64,000 bases of DNA from Candidatus Moraniibacteriota bacterium (lineage in GTDB: Bacteria > Patescibacteriota > Minisyncoccia > Moranbacterales > GCA-2747515). The translations under genes and the position numbers were made by a program. The DNA is taken from assembly GCA_040772365.1 (NCBI GenBank), contig JAXGYI010000007.1, forward strand, positions 5,752 to 69,751. Reading direction: 5' to 3'. Every line of letters starts with the position of its first letter. The stretch's first letter is position 1. The notes beneath the pieces are model-generated. The model saw only the letters and a program-made list of their open reading frames with translations, made no database searches and was not told the DNA's origin. This document shows positions 28,738 to 38,213 of this stretch, piece by piece.

Positions 28738-30221
28738 AACATTTTTCCCGCTCACTGATCTGGCTAACGATCTCCGAAGTGATTTTCAATGTCGCTGGCT
28801 ACATCATTCACTCCGCTCTCGGTCGTATTCTTACGCCAAGTGACTACGGGCGCTACAGTCTTGTCATTACCCTCACCACCATGATCATTGTCCTGATTGG
28901 CAATGGTATTCCCACAGCAATGGCAAAATACCTGAGCGAGATTATTAGCAAGAATCCACAGAACATTCAGCCAATCAAGCGCAAAGCTATACGTATGCAA
29001 GCGACACTCATGCTTGGTGTAACAGCAGTATTTTTCTTTGCCGCACCATTCATTGCCCGCCTCTTGGGCGACCCTACACTCACGCCGCTTTTCCGCTTCT
29101 CCACACTCATCATCCCAGCATTTGCTGCCGCATCGTTCTACTTTTCCTTTTTCACTGGATTGCACTTCTTCCGCCTACAAGCAACCCTTAAAACCGTCCG
29201 TGCACTTGGACGTGTTGTTTTCATTATCACATTGGCATATTTTTTTGGCGTGCCTGGTGCCATTGGTGGCTACATTGCCGCGCCCCTCGTAGTATTTGCC
29301 GTCGCCGTTGTGCTCGACATCTTCTATACCGGCAAAGTTTATCCCGCTGTGCGTGCAAAAAAATCCATTACACTCAACTCCGCATTCTCCACGCGCGCCA
29401 TTATCGCATTTGCGTGGCCGCTTACACTCTTCCTCCTCTTCTACCAACTCATTTCCAGTGTTGACCTCTACCTCGTCAAAGCCTTATTACACGACGATCA
29501 CCTCACTGGACTCTACAATGCCGTCATCACATCCGGTGGCATCCCCTACTTCCTCTTCTATGCACTCACCATCATCCTCTTACCCGCTATTTCCAAAACA
29601 ACCGCAGAACGTAATACTGCAGAAACTACCAGACTTCTCACAAAATCCCTGCGCCTCATGATTTTTCTTCTCGTGCCGCTCGTGACACTGCTTGCGCTCT
29701 ACAGCGCGCAAACACTGCACCTCATCTACGGCAACGCCTACAGTGTCGCCGCTGACTCAATGCGCATCTACACAATCGGCATCGGCATGCTCACCGTGTT
29801 CTACGTCCTCAGTTTTGCCCTCAATGGTGCTGGATTTGTCAAGATACCGATGCGCATCGCCCTTGTTGGATTGATCATCAACAGTGTCATCAACATCTTC
29901 CTCATCCCACGCTACAATTTAACTGGTGCTGCTGTTGCTGAGTGCGTTACAGGACTCTTTCTGATGATTGCTGCACTATGGAGTGTACATCGCCGCTTTA
30001 CTGTTTGCATTCCGCTGCGCCTGTGGTGGGCAGCAGCGCTCGGTATTGTCACCATGCTCCTGATCGCACGTATCCTTCCGCAACATGCGCTCTGGTTCAT
30101 CTTCTCTAGTAGCGTTCTGACTGCACTCTATTTTCTTGTTCTGCGTTTTTGCGGCGCTCTCACCAATGCCGATATCCGCATGTTTTTACCGCGTACAAAA
30201 TCTCGCACATCAACGCCATAA
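28734..30221 (+). CDS. Oligosaccharide flippase (Wzx/MOP family)
   Basis: ~14 TMs; R.L.P.DYGRY, GIP.AMAKY, D.YLV.....TGLYNA, LIPRY...GAA.A. Confidence 0.9.
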   Translation: MKHFSRSLIWLTISEVIFNVAGYIIHSALGRILTPSDYGRYSLVITLTTMIIVLIGNGIPTAMAKYLSEIISKNPQNIQPIKRKAIRMQATLMLGVTAVFFFAAPFIARLLGDPTLTPLFRFSTLIIPAFAAASFYFSFFTGLHFFRLQATLKTVRALGRVVFIITLAYFFGVPGAIGGYIAAPLVVFAVAVVLDIFYTGKVYPAVRAKKSITLNSAFSTRAIIAFAWPLTLFLLFYQLISSVDLYLVKALLHDDHLTGLYNAVITSGGIPYFLFYALTIILLPAISKTTAERNTAETTRLLTKSLRLMIFLLVPLVTLLALYSAQTLHLIYGNAYSVAADSMRIYTIGIGMLTVFYVLSFALNGAGFVKIPMRIALVGLIINSVINIFLIPRYNLTGAAVAECVTGLFLMIAALWSVHRRFTVCIPLRLWWAAALGIVTMLLIARILPQHALWFIFSSSVLTALYFLVLRFCGALTNADIRMFLPRTKSRTSTP

Positions 30222-30281
30222 AAACTGCGACAGGTATTTCTACCTGCCGCATATCACGTGTAGATCGTGATCGAGATCCGC

Positions 30282-31049
30282 TTACCGAATCGTAAACGTC
30301 ACATGCACTCTGGTTACAAGATTATTCTCACCTGTAGGAATCACTGCTGCTGCACTTTCTTTTACTTCATCCATCGCACGCATACCGGCGGCATAGAGTG
30401 GTCGCGGCACATCGCCACTGCGATCTTCGTTAAAACTCACGACGTTGCCCAGTTGCACATCCAAATCCTTAGCAATCTCCTTGGCCTTACGTCGCGCATC
30501 GGCAATAGCATCGGTACGCAACTGTTCACGTACAGCATCTTCATCATCCACAAAAAAGGTAAGCTGAGATACATCATCCACACCCGCACTATTCACAAGA
30601 TCTAGAACTGCCGACACTGTATCTAGATCGCGAATGGTAATTTCCACGCGCTGTGAAACCCGATAACCATCAAAACGCTGTGCATTGTCTGTATAAGTGT
30701 ATTCTGGTGACAGTGTATAAGAGATCGTTTTAACATCCTTCTTCTCCACACCTGTTTTTTCCAGTGCGTCTACAAGGTTTTGCATACGCTCATTAACTGA
30801 CTGCGTCGCAACCGTCGTGCTGCGATTTTTTGCCGTTACACCAAATGATACCTTCGCCGTATCCGGCACAACAAACGCCTCTGCCATACCATCCACAGTA
30901 ATCACCTGGTCTGCCGTCATCGTATTAGTGTGCACAGTAATCTCGCGATTGACAAAAACCCCGTACACCACAAGTACAAATGTGGCGATAATGCATCCAT
31001 AGACAATCATATGTACTACTCCATGGTCACGTTGCTGTTGTTCGTTCAT
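30282..31049 (-). CDS. SIMPL/DUF541 domain protein
   Basis: ITVDG.A...PD.A...GV, AI.DAR.KA..IA. Confidence 0.88.
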   Translation of the reverse strand: MNEQQQRDHGVVHMIVYGCIIATFVLVVYGVFVNREITVHTNTMTADQVITVDGMAEAFVVPDTAKVSFGVTAKNRSTTVATQSVNERMQNLVDALEKTGVEKKDVKTISYTLSPEYTYTDNAQRFDGYRVSQRVEITIRDLDTVSAVLDLVNSAGVDDVSQLTFFVDDEDAVREQLRTDAIADARRKAKEIAKDLDVQLGNVVSFNEDRSGDVPRPLYAAGMRAMDEVKESAAAVIPTGENNLVTRVHVTFTIR

Positions 31050-31078
31050 AGTGTTCTATGTTAAAAATACTACACAAT

Positions 31079-32086
31079 TTAATTTATTATGCGCTTGCGA
31101 TCACTCGTAGTGCGTCGTCGACGCACAGCACGCCACAGACCACGTGCAGCTATAACGACAAGCCACAGTAACACGCCGTACATCACTAGCATCGGCACGA
31201 TACGCACGATCAGTATAATGAGAAGGTTGACAAAGCCCTGCATATCTACAAAAAGTCCATGCACACCTTCTTTCACAATTTGTAGCGGGCGCCACTGGTC
31301 CGATAGTGTCACCGTGCGATCTTCACTCAGCGTAACAGTAATGCGCGCGTAATCTGTTTGTGATGCCATAAACGTCAATTGCGCCTGCATCCGTTCAATA
31401 TCTCCTCGCACGCGCTGCACCTGACGCGTCACTTCCAAAATATCAGAAATTTTTTTCGCCTGATCCAGTACCTTAATATACGCCTGCTCCTCTGCCATGG
31501 CATTGGCAATACGTTTCTCCAAATCACGATATGCGAGTGTCACATCTTCACTGCCCGTAGATTCCTGTGTAACAACCGTTGCCACTTTTTTGATCGCCGT
31601 AAATGCATCCGCGAATTGTGCTACAGGCACATGTACTGTTACTGTACCGCTCTTCACATCATCTGTGCGACGCGTAAAAGAAGTTGTAACGACACTGCCG
31701 CCATATTGTTCGGCGATAGCTGTAATGGCCGCCACAGCGTTATCCACTCTGTCCACACGCATGTATATCTGCCCATCTTTGATTTCTTTTTTGTCCTGCG
31801 CCACTTCCGCATTGTTCACATCTGCATCCATTGATACGTCCATGGTCGCATCAATACTATTCATCGGCATCTCACGAGATGCCATGCCCGCACCTTTTGT
31901 AGACGATTGCAGTGCCAAAGATGTCTTGCCATGTGTATCGTATATATCCTCACTCCATGGTGCCACATGTCCATGATACGCACGCAACCCAATTACTACT
32001 ATGACGAACAGCACGATGACGCCTGCAATACCTGCAAGAACTATCCCGGCAATTATTTTTCCCATATGCCTCTTTTCTGCGTGCAT
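31079..32086 (-). CDS. DUF4349 domain protein
   Basis: YGG.V, EDVT..Y.DLE.RI, I.DILEV...V.RVR..IE, C-terminal TM. Confidence 0.85.
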   Translation of the reverse strand: MHAEKRHMGKIIAGIVLAGIAGVIVLFVIVVIGLRAYHGHVAPWSEDIYDTHGKTSLALQSSTKGAGMASREMPMNSIDATMDVSMDADVNNAEVAQDKKEIKDGQIYMRVDRVDNAVAAITAIAEQYGGSVVTTSFTRRTDDVKSGTVTVHVPVAQFADAFTAIKKVATVVTQESTGSEDVTLAYRDLEKRIANAMAEEQAYIKVLDQAKKISDILEVTRQVQRVRGDIERMQAQLTFMASQTDYARITVTLSEDRTVTLSDQWRPLQIVKEGVHGLFVDMQGFVNLLIILIVRIVPMLVMYGVLLWLVVIAARGLWRAVRRRRTTSDRKRIIN

Positions 32087-32174
32087 ATTTTTATGTTATC
32101 TACTTACCTTTATGCTGTAAGTATACCACAGAAAGCTATATACTGTGAAAAGCTATGCCACCTCATCACCATCG

Positions 32175-33959
32175 TCACTCCTCTGTCCACACCTGTCGCC
32201 AGAGATAGCGAATCTGCACACCGCTGGCGAAAACAGGATCGCGTTGTGACGGTGCAAAGATTTTTTCTTCCTCTGTGACAGCCTCTGGCTTAGCCCGTAA
32301 GTAATATGCTGTTAACGTGCCGAATGCCTTTCGCTCTACAATATCCAGACCCGGCATAAATTTCGCTAAAAATGCCTCCTGATCGGATTGTGCACGAACT
32401 ACAACAAAATAGTTCCCCTTACGGTACAGAGGTGAAAGATCCAGGGCAATCGGATCACGTGGAATACCTCGTACATCAATACGCTCCCACAGTGCGCGCT
32501 TATACTCTGGCTGCGCATGCACAAACACTGCTTCACCATTACTCATATGTATCTCCTCTATCCAATCTACAATCGCCATCATTTGTCCGAATGTGACGCG
32601 TACACGCTCTTTGAGCACGCGATCACGGTGCATAATCTCCGCAGTTGGATCAGTAGCTGCTGCACGCAACTCGCCAAAATACCGCAACACAAAAAACATA
32701 TTACACGCAATACACAGAAGCACGATTGTCACACCAAGAGTATATCCGCCGCGCGGTAACCACAGACGTACACCACTCACCACAAATCCTACGACAAGAA
32801 TTGCCACCGGCGCCACAAGCAAGAAAAATCGCGGCGCAATGTCATAGGCAAGCGGCGTGAAGAAGAGAAAAACCACACCGACCCATAATACAATCATGCG
32901 CAGAAAATCACGCTCCTGATTAAGCGATGTATAACGATAGAATTGCCACAGCGCACTCAATGCCGCGACAAGACACCCTAAAGCAATCATGCCGCGTCCA
33001 AAACCATGGCGACAGTCGTAGTCACAGCGAATATCCATACCGGAAAGCGTTGGCATACCTGCAAGTTGATCCCCTGTAGCAATCATCCAGTAGTATTGCA
33101 CGTGCAGACCTGTATTTGTCACGATCTTTTCAATTACTGTATGCTTTGCCGTGTCTTTTCCTTCGCCTTCTTCATCGCTGTCATCCACACCGCCCCGCGC
33201 AAGCAGTGTCTGCATAAATGCCTGCGCATTATCACCACCTGTTTTGATATCATTCACAATTAGTGGTGTATTTAATATGACAAAAACACCTATAGCACCA
33301 ACCCAATAGCGCCAATTGATCCTCGTCCGCGTCCACATGAGGTAGAGCACCGCCACAAGTGGCATCGTAACAAATGCCACAAAATGCATACTCATAAGAA
33401 ATGCTAAGGCTGCTGCCGCCACAACCAGCCACCAACCCCGCCGTGCGTCTTCTGTGTCACTTGTGCGCAACAATGCATAAATAAAAAGGAGTGTAAACGG
33501 CGTCAAGAGGTTCGGATTCCATCCAAAGCGACTATAGGATATCAGAAAAAGTGACGTAGCAAAAATCGTACTAAGCCCCAACGATAGACGTGGACCAAAG
33601 AACCGTCGCGACAATGCAAAAAACAGCCCAATCGCGGCAATATTGAGAAGTGCAATGATCATAACACTGCCAGCCGGTGTATTACCAAAGATCAGTGCAC
33701 TAACATACTCCACATAGTACAACCACGGCCCGAGCCGTAAAAATGATCCCGCAGCACGAGGACCCTGCAACGGCAATTCTCCTGGACCATATTCCATTGC
33801 TGCATACACTACCCGAAAATCCCGTGCCTGATCCAGCTGATAGTGCATCCAATCTTCAAAGTGATACAGGCGCAAGAATGCACCAACAGCAATAACCACA
33901 CTTAGTGCATAGATCCAGCGATGACGCAGGATGTGTTCTTTCATAATACATCGATCCAT
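32175..33959 (-). CDS. GT-C (ArnT/PMT-like) membrane glycosyltransferase
   Basis: FLRLYHF...DQARD, LPLQGP, LGP.LYY, SRFGWNPN. Confidence 0.85.
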   Translation of the reverse strand: MDRCIMKEHILRHRWIYALSVVIAVGAFLRLYHFEDWMHYQLDQARDFRVVYAAMEYGPGELPLQGPRAAGSFLRLGPWLYYVEYVSALIFGNTPAGSVMIIALLNIAAIGLFFALSRRFFGPRLSLGLSTIFATSLFLISYSRFGWNPNLLTPFTLLFIYALLRTSDTEDARRGWWLVVAAAALAFLMSMHFVAFVTMPLVAVLYLMWTRTRINWRYWVGAIGVFVILNTPLIVNDIKTGGDNAQAFMQTLLARGGVDDSDEEGEGKDTAKHTVIEKIVTNTGLHVQYYWMIATGDQLAGMPTLSGMDIRCDYDCRHGFGRGMIALGCLVAALSALWQFYRYTSLNQERDFLRMIVLWVGVVFLFFTPLAYDIAPRFFLLVAPVAILVVGFVVSGVRLWLPRGGYTLGVTIVLLCIACNMFFVLRYFGELRAAATDPTAEIMHRDRVLKERVRVTFGQMMAIVDWIEEIHMSNGEAVFVHAQPEYKRALWERIDVRGIPRDPIALDLSPLYRKGNYFVVVRAQSDQEAFLAKFMPGLDIVERKAFGTLTAYYLRAKPEAVTEEEKIFAPSQRDPVFASGVQIRYLWRQVWTEE

Positions 33960-34003
33960 AAAACCTTCTTATAACGGATGAAAACGTGCCACGATAATAC
34001 TAC

Positions 34004-35605
34004 CTATTTAGTGCCCCCATGTAAGTCCCAGTGATACACCGTCACCTTACCACGCACGAGATCAGAGTCCGTGACCGCTGTGGCATGCTGTGCCAGATAA
34101 GCACGTGCCGCCTTTTCCACAAACACATTATCATTGTCAGCCAGCACTACCCAGCCGCGCGGATGCTGTACCATGATCTCCTGCACATACACCGCCGTGA
34201 TCTTTTTGACTTTACCCTCTTTTGCCAACAGCGACTCGTCGCGCTCCGAACCGAAATCAAATACCGGAATGCCCATGCCGCGCCAATAGAAGTTGCGAAA
34301 ATTACGCGTGATCATCACATCGCCGGGCTTCGCATTGTCGCGCACATAGGTGAATACTTTGCGATAGTTTGCGCGATCTGCCGTCATAGTGATGTGGTAG
34401 GTGGTATTTTTCTGAAAGAAGTAGCCGTAGTACGGTAGCAGCAGTGCGGCAACAAGTAGCGTACCAATAAATGCTGCACGCCTACGCGTTGCCCGCGCCA
34501 TCCACCGCGCCGCCGCCACAACACCCGCCGCTGCCACCATCATGGCAAGCGGTTGTAGGAAAAAGATATATTGCGCACCCACATTGCGATCCCACAGAAA
34601 AATCGCTGCTGTAAGTCCCACGATAAATGTACTCACCAACCACGCACCTGCAGGCGCTACATCACGAAACCGCACCAGAGCAACGCTCCCGCCAACCAGC
34701 GCCGCCGCCGCAATCAACGGATGCCAATACGAACGCGCAAGATGTGCAAGGTATCCCCAGTGATCATCAAAAAATACCATACCACTCGCCAACTGTACCC
34801 ACACCGACGGAAGAAAAACGGCACACGCCACTGCACCAGCCGCACACACGCCAAGATACACAACATAGCGCCAGCGCATCAGTGGCGCGCGCGACACCAC
34901 CGCCATCCAGAAAAAATACCCTACAACCATCAATGCAAGATTGCCCGCCAGCGGATGAAGATGTAAGGCAAGTACCGCCATCACTACAACTACAATAGCA
35001 TACGCCCAATTGACATGCAGCGCTGCAGAAACCACACGGCGCAACGTCACACGGTCCGCGGGATGTATAGTAAGACGCGGCACATGCTCCACAAACCGAA
35101 ACGCACTCCACCACAACATCAAAAACACCGGCGCAAACATACTGTACATACGTACTGCGCGATTGATCTCAATTGCTGGTACAGACACTGCCCACAAGAA
35201 TGCCGCCACAACACCAATGGCACGCGAACGCAATAAACTTACCGTGACTCCATAGATTAAAACCGTCGTGATAATGCCCCACAGTGCACTTACCACGCGC
35301 GCCGTAGATTCGGCAAGCGGCAATACGCGATACATCTGTGCCACCTGCCACCGATACAGCCATGCGCGTTCATCACTCGCCTTGTTGTCGCGCACACTTG
35401 GTGCGTCGTGATTGAAGTCCCACGCCTGCCAAACACCTGTCTTGTAGTAACCATAGGTTGCATTCACGTCCAGAAATTCATCGGCATTGAGCGGGACATT
35501 GCCCAACTGCCATAGTCGCAAACCCGCCGCCAGCGCTACCACTACCACAAGAATCCACGTCACATCCCGCCGCGACCACGATCGTTCTAAAAAATTTTTG
35601 ATCAT
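34004..35605 (-). CDS. GT-C (ArnT/PMT-like) membrane glycosyltransferase
   Basis: LRLWQLG...NADE, ARVVSALWG, NRAVRMY. Confidence 0.82.
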   Translation of the reverse strand: MIKNFLERSWSRRDVTWILVVVVALAAGLRLWQLGNVPLNADEFLDVNATYGYYKTGVWQAWDFNHDAPSVRDNKASDERAWLYRWQVAQMYRVLPLAESTARVVSALWGIITTVLIYGVTVSLLRSRAIGVVAAFLWAVSVPAIEINRAVRMYSMFAPVFLMLWWSAFRFVEHVPRLTIHPADRVTLRRVVSAALHVNWAYAIVVVVMAVLALHLHPLAGNLALMVVGYFFWMAVVSRAPLMRWRYVVYLGVCAAGAVACAVFLPSVWVQLASGMVFFDDHWGYLAHLARSYWHPLIAAAALVGGSVALVRFRDVAPAGAWLVSTFIVGLTAAIFLWDRNVGAQYIFFLQPLAMMVAAAGVVAAARWMARATRRRAAFIGTLLVAALLLPYYGYFFQKNTTYHITMTADRANYRKVFTYVRDNAKPGDVMITRNFRNFYWRGMGIPVFDFGSERDESLLAKEGKVKKITAVYVQEIMVQHPRGWVVLADNDNVFVEKAARAYLAQHATAVTDSDLVRGKVTVYHWDLHGGTK

Positions 35606-35686
35606 ACTGTCTTAGTCACTGGTAATTAAGATTTAAAAAAATTACGCCTTCTCTTAATTATAAACAACTATTGATTTTTTGGCAGA

Positions 35687-35715
35687 TTGACAATATTTTT
35701 AATATATGCTGTAAT
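35687..35715 (+). promoter_or_regulatory. Putative sigma70 promoter in the divergent AT-rich intergenic region
   Basis: TTGACA-17-TGTAAT. Confidence 0.45.
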
Positions 35716-35921
35716 CTATAATTTATAATGTGGAACTAGCCATCTACGCCAATCAGACATGTAGTCTGTGCATACGTATTGTGTCATGAAAATGATGAGA
35801 AAATATCGCCCCTGTTTTTTTGTGATACGCACTCGCAAAGTAAGAATCAAACAAAGATTGAAAAAATGCCCACTGCCTAGTATTCTTTTACATTATATCC
35901 ATTTTTCGCTATACTGAAGCC

Positions 35922-38201
35922 ATGCATACATCTCCGGACGACAAAAAACCTGCACTACCACACCTGATGCGTACGCGCACCTTTGTGGCGACAATGCTGT
36001 GCGCAACCATCTGTGCCCTTCTCTTTATTGTCCAAAAAACCGACGCCTTGGACCACATGCGCCTTTTGGCGTCCGCCACGCCACTATATGGCATATTTCT
36101 GGTACTCTTTGGATGGGCACTGTGGTGGGCGTGGCGTCACAGCACCAAATACATAGACCGCGCACTACTGATTGCTGGTATCTTCTTACCAGCATCACTA
36201 CTCATCACCCTTGCACCTTTTTTTGCCACTACACATATTACCGCCACCATCACGGCACTTACGGGATTTCATATTTGCATCTATGGCATCCTCGCCATCT
36301 CCTACTACATACGTACTACACAATCAAACGATTGGCAAAAACCCGTCACTACACGCATTGCCCTGTGGCAGTGGGCGCTTTTAGGAGCTGTGATGATCAT
36401 CTACAGCTGGTTTGCCTTTCATCATCTCGGCAATGCGTTTTATGTGGATGAAAAGCTCTGGGTCTATGAACGCATTGAAAACTATTGGGACAATCTCCGT
36501 GAGCGCGATTGGCTTAATACGCGTCCTAGTGACAAGCCCGGTATTACCACCGCCCTTGTCACTGGTCCCGGACTCCTCTTCCACGATCCCAGCGATTTCA
36601 AAAAAGGCAAGCTACACAAAGAGCTTTTGCCGGATATGTTTTTTGCCCTTCGCGCACCACAGGTTATCGCCATTCTCCTGATGATCATCGCTGCATTCTT
36701 CCTCACACGCCACATCATCGGCACACGCACAGCGCTGATGTATAGTATTTTCCTCACACTGTCTCCACTTTTACTCGGCATCTCGCGCATCATCAATCCA
36801 GATGCACTCTTATGGATTTTCTTTATTCTCGGATTCCTGTGGATCATACGCTATCTGCAACACGAAAGACCCTCCGCGATCATTACCGCCGGAGTTTTCG
36901 TGGGACTCGCACTGTTGACAAAGTACATTGCCAACATCTTCATTCTTTTTTTCCTCCTCATTCTTTTTATAGACCTTGCATTGCGTGACCATGACAATAC
37001 TGATGCCGCATTACGCACACAGCGTTTACGAAAACGCGCCATCCACGCTGCTGCAATGGTGTGGATCGCACTCAGTGTTTTCTATGCACTCTATCCTGGC
37101 GCATGGGTGAAACACGATCGAATGCTCCTTGCTACCATTCACTCCGAAGCATTCCTCTCCACATGGAAATTTTTTGCTATCATCGTCGCCTTTTTTGTTG
37201 CTGATCTTTGTTTGTGGCATGCGCGTATCACGCGTGCCTTACTCACAGCTGTATACCGCACACGCACATGGCTTGCACGTGGCGTCTATGGTGTCTTTGG
37301 TATTGCCGTCATCATCGTTTTTTTTAATGTTCTCACAGATATGTCGCTCTATAATTTTACCGCCATTATTGAGTCACCAAAATCGTCTTACACTTCAACG
37401 TCACCGATTGCTTTTTTCCTCGCATCTTTCTATCCTCTCCTCTTTGGCGTCACCCCACTTGTACTCATCGGCGCGCTCATTGCCTATGCACGCCGTGCCT
37501 ATCGCCCACAGTGGCACATCACTGACCGCATCGTATTGTACGGCGCGCTCTTCATCCTCATCTACTATACTGCTTCACTCATGAACCATGTTGCACCGAT
37601 TATCCGCTACCAAATTATCATCTACCCACTCTTCATTCTCACTGCTGCCATCGGCTGGAACGACATTCTACGTGCACGACACCTACAGCGTACAGCCGCA
37701 ATAACGATATTCATCGTATTCCTCTGCATCGGCAGCTTGCAACTTGCAACGATTGCGCCATTTTACTTTTCCTATAACAGCCCACTCCTGCCTCAACAGT
37801 TCATTATTAATACCAAAGACATGGGCGACGGTAACTACGAAATTGCACAATGGCTCAACGCACGCCCAGCTGCTGCAGATATGGTTGTATGGACTGATAA
37901 GGCCGGTGTCTGCCAATTTTTCATCGGGACATGCATTACAATGACGCGCGGTGACGCTCTCTTGACCTACGCACCACGTATTGACTACTACATTGTCTCC
38001 CAAAACCGACGTGGCTTTTTCCAGCGCACGGCTGCCGCATACCGTGCCGCAGATCCCACTTATCCCATCCACCTCGACAGACTCTACGACCCCGAGCTCC
38101 CCACAGTATATACACTCCACCCAAGCGGACGGCAAGAAAACTTCATGCGTATCATTGACAGCAATGCTGTCTCCATTACATCCAACAATCATATCCATTA
38201 A
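35922..38201 (+). CDS. GT-C (ArnT/PMT-like) membrane glycosyltransferase
   Basis: VDEKLW, DKPG.T, SRIINPD, GLALLTKY, RY...IYP. Confidence 0.82.
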   Translation: MHTSPDDKKPALPHLMRTRTFVATMLCATICALLFIVQKTDALDHMRLLASATPLYGIFLVLFGWALWWAWRHSTKYIDRALLIAGIFLPASLLITLAPFFATTHITATITALTGFHICIYGILAISYYIRTTQSNDWQKPVTTRIALWQWALLGAVMIIYSWFAFHHLGNAFYVDEKLWVYERIENYWDNLRERDWLNTRPSDKPGITTALVTGPGLLFHDPSDFKKGKLHKELLPDMFFALRAPQVIAILLMIIAAFFLTRHIIGTRTALMYSIFLTLSPLLLGISRIINPDALLWIFFILGFLWIIRYLQHERPSAIITAGVFVGLALLTKYIANIFILFFLLILFIDLALRDHDNTDAALRTQRLRKRAIHAAAMVWIALSVFYALYPGAWVKHDRMLLATIHSEAFLSTWKFFAIIVAFFVADLCLWHARITRALLTAVYRTRTWLARGVYGVFGIAVIIVFFNVLTDMSLYNFTAIIESPKSSYTSTSPIAFFLASFYPLLFGVTPLVLIGALIAYARRAYRPQWHITDRIVLYGALFILIYYTASLMNHVAPIIRYQIIIYPLFILTAAIGWNDILRARHLQRTAAITIFIVFLCIGSLQLATIAPFYFSYNSPLLPQQFIINTKDMGDGNYEIAQWLNARPAAADMVVWTDKAGVCQFFIGTCITMTRGDALLTYAPRIDYYIVSQNRRGFFQRTAAAYRAADPTYPIHLDRLYDPELPTVYTLHPSGRQENFMRIIDSNAVSITSNNHIH

Positions 38202-38213
38202 CACTACAGCCCT

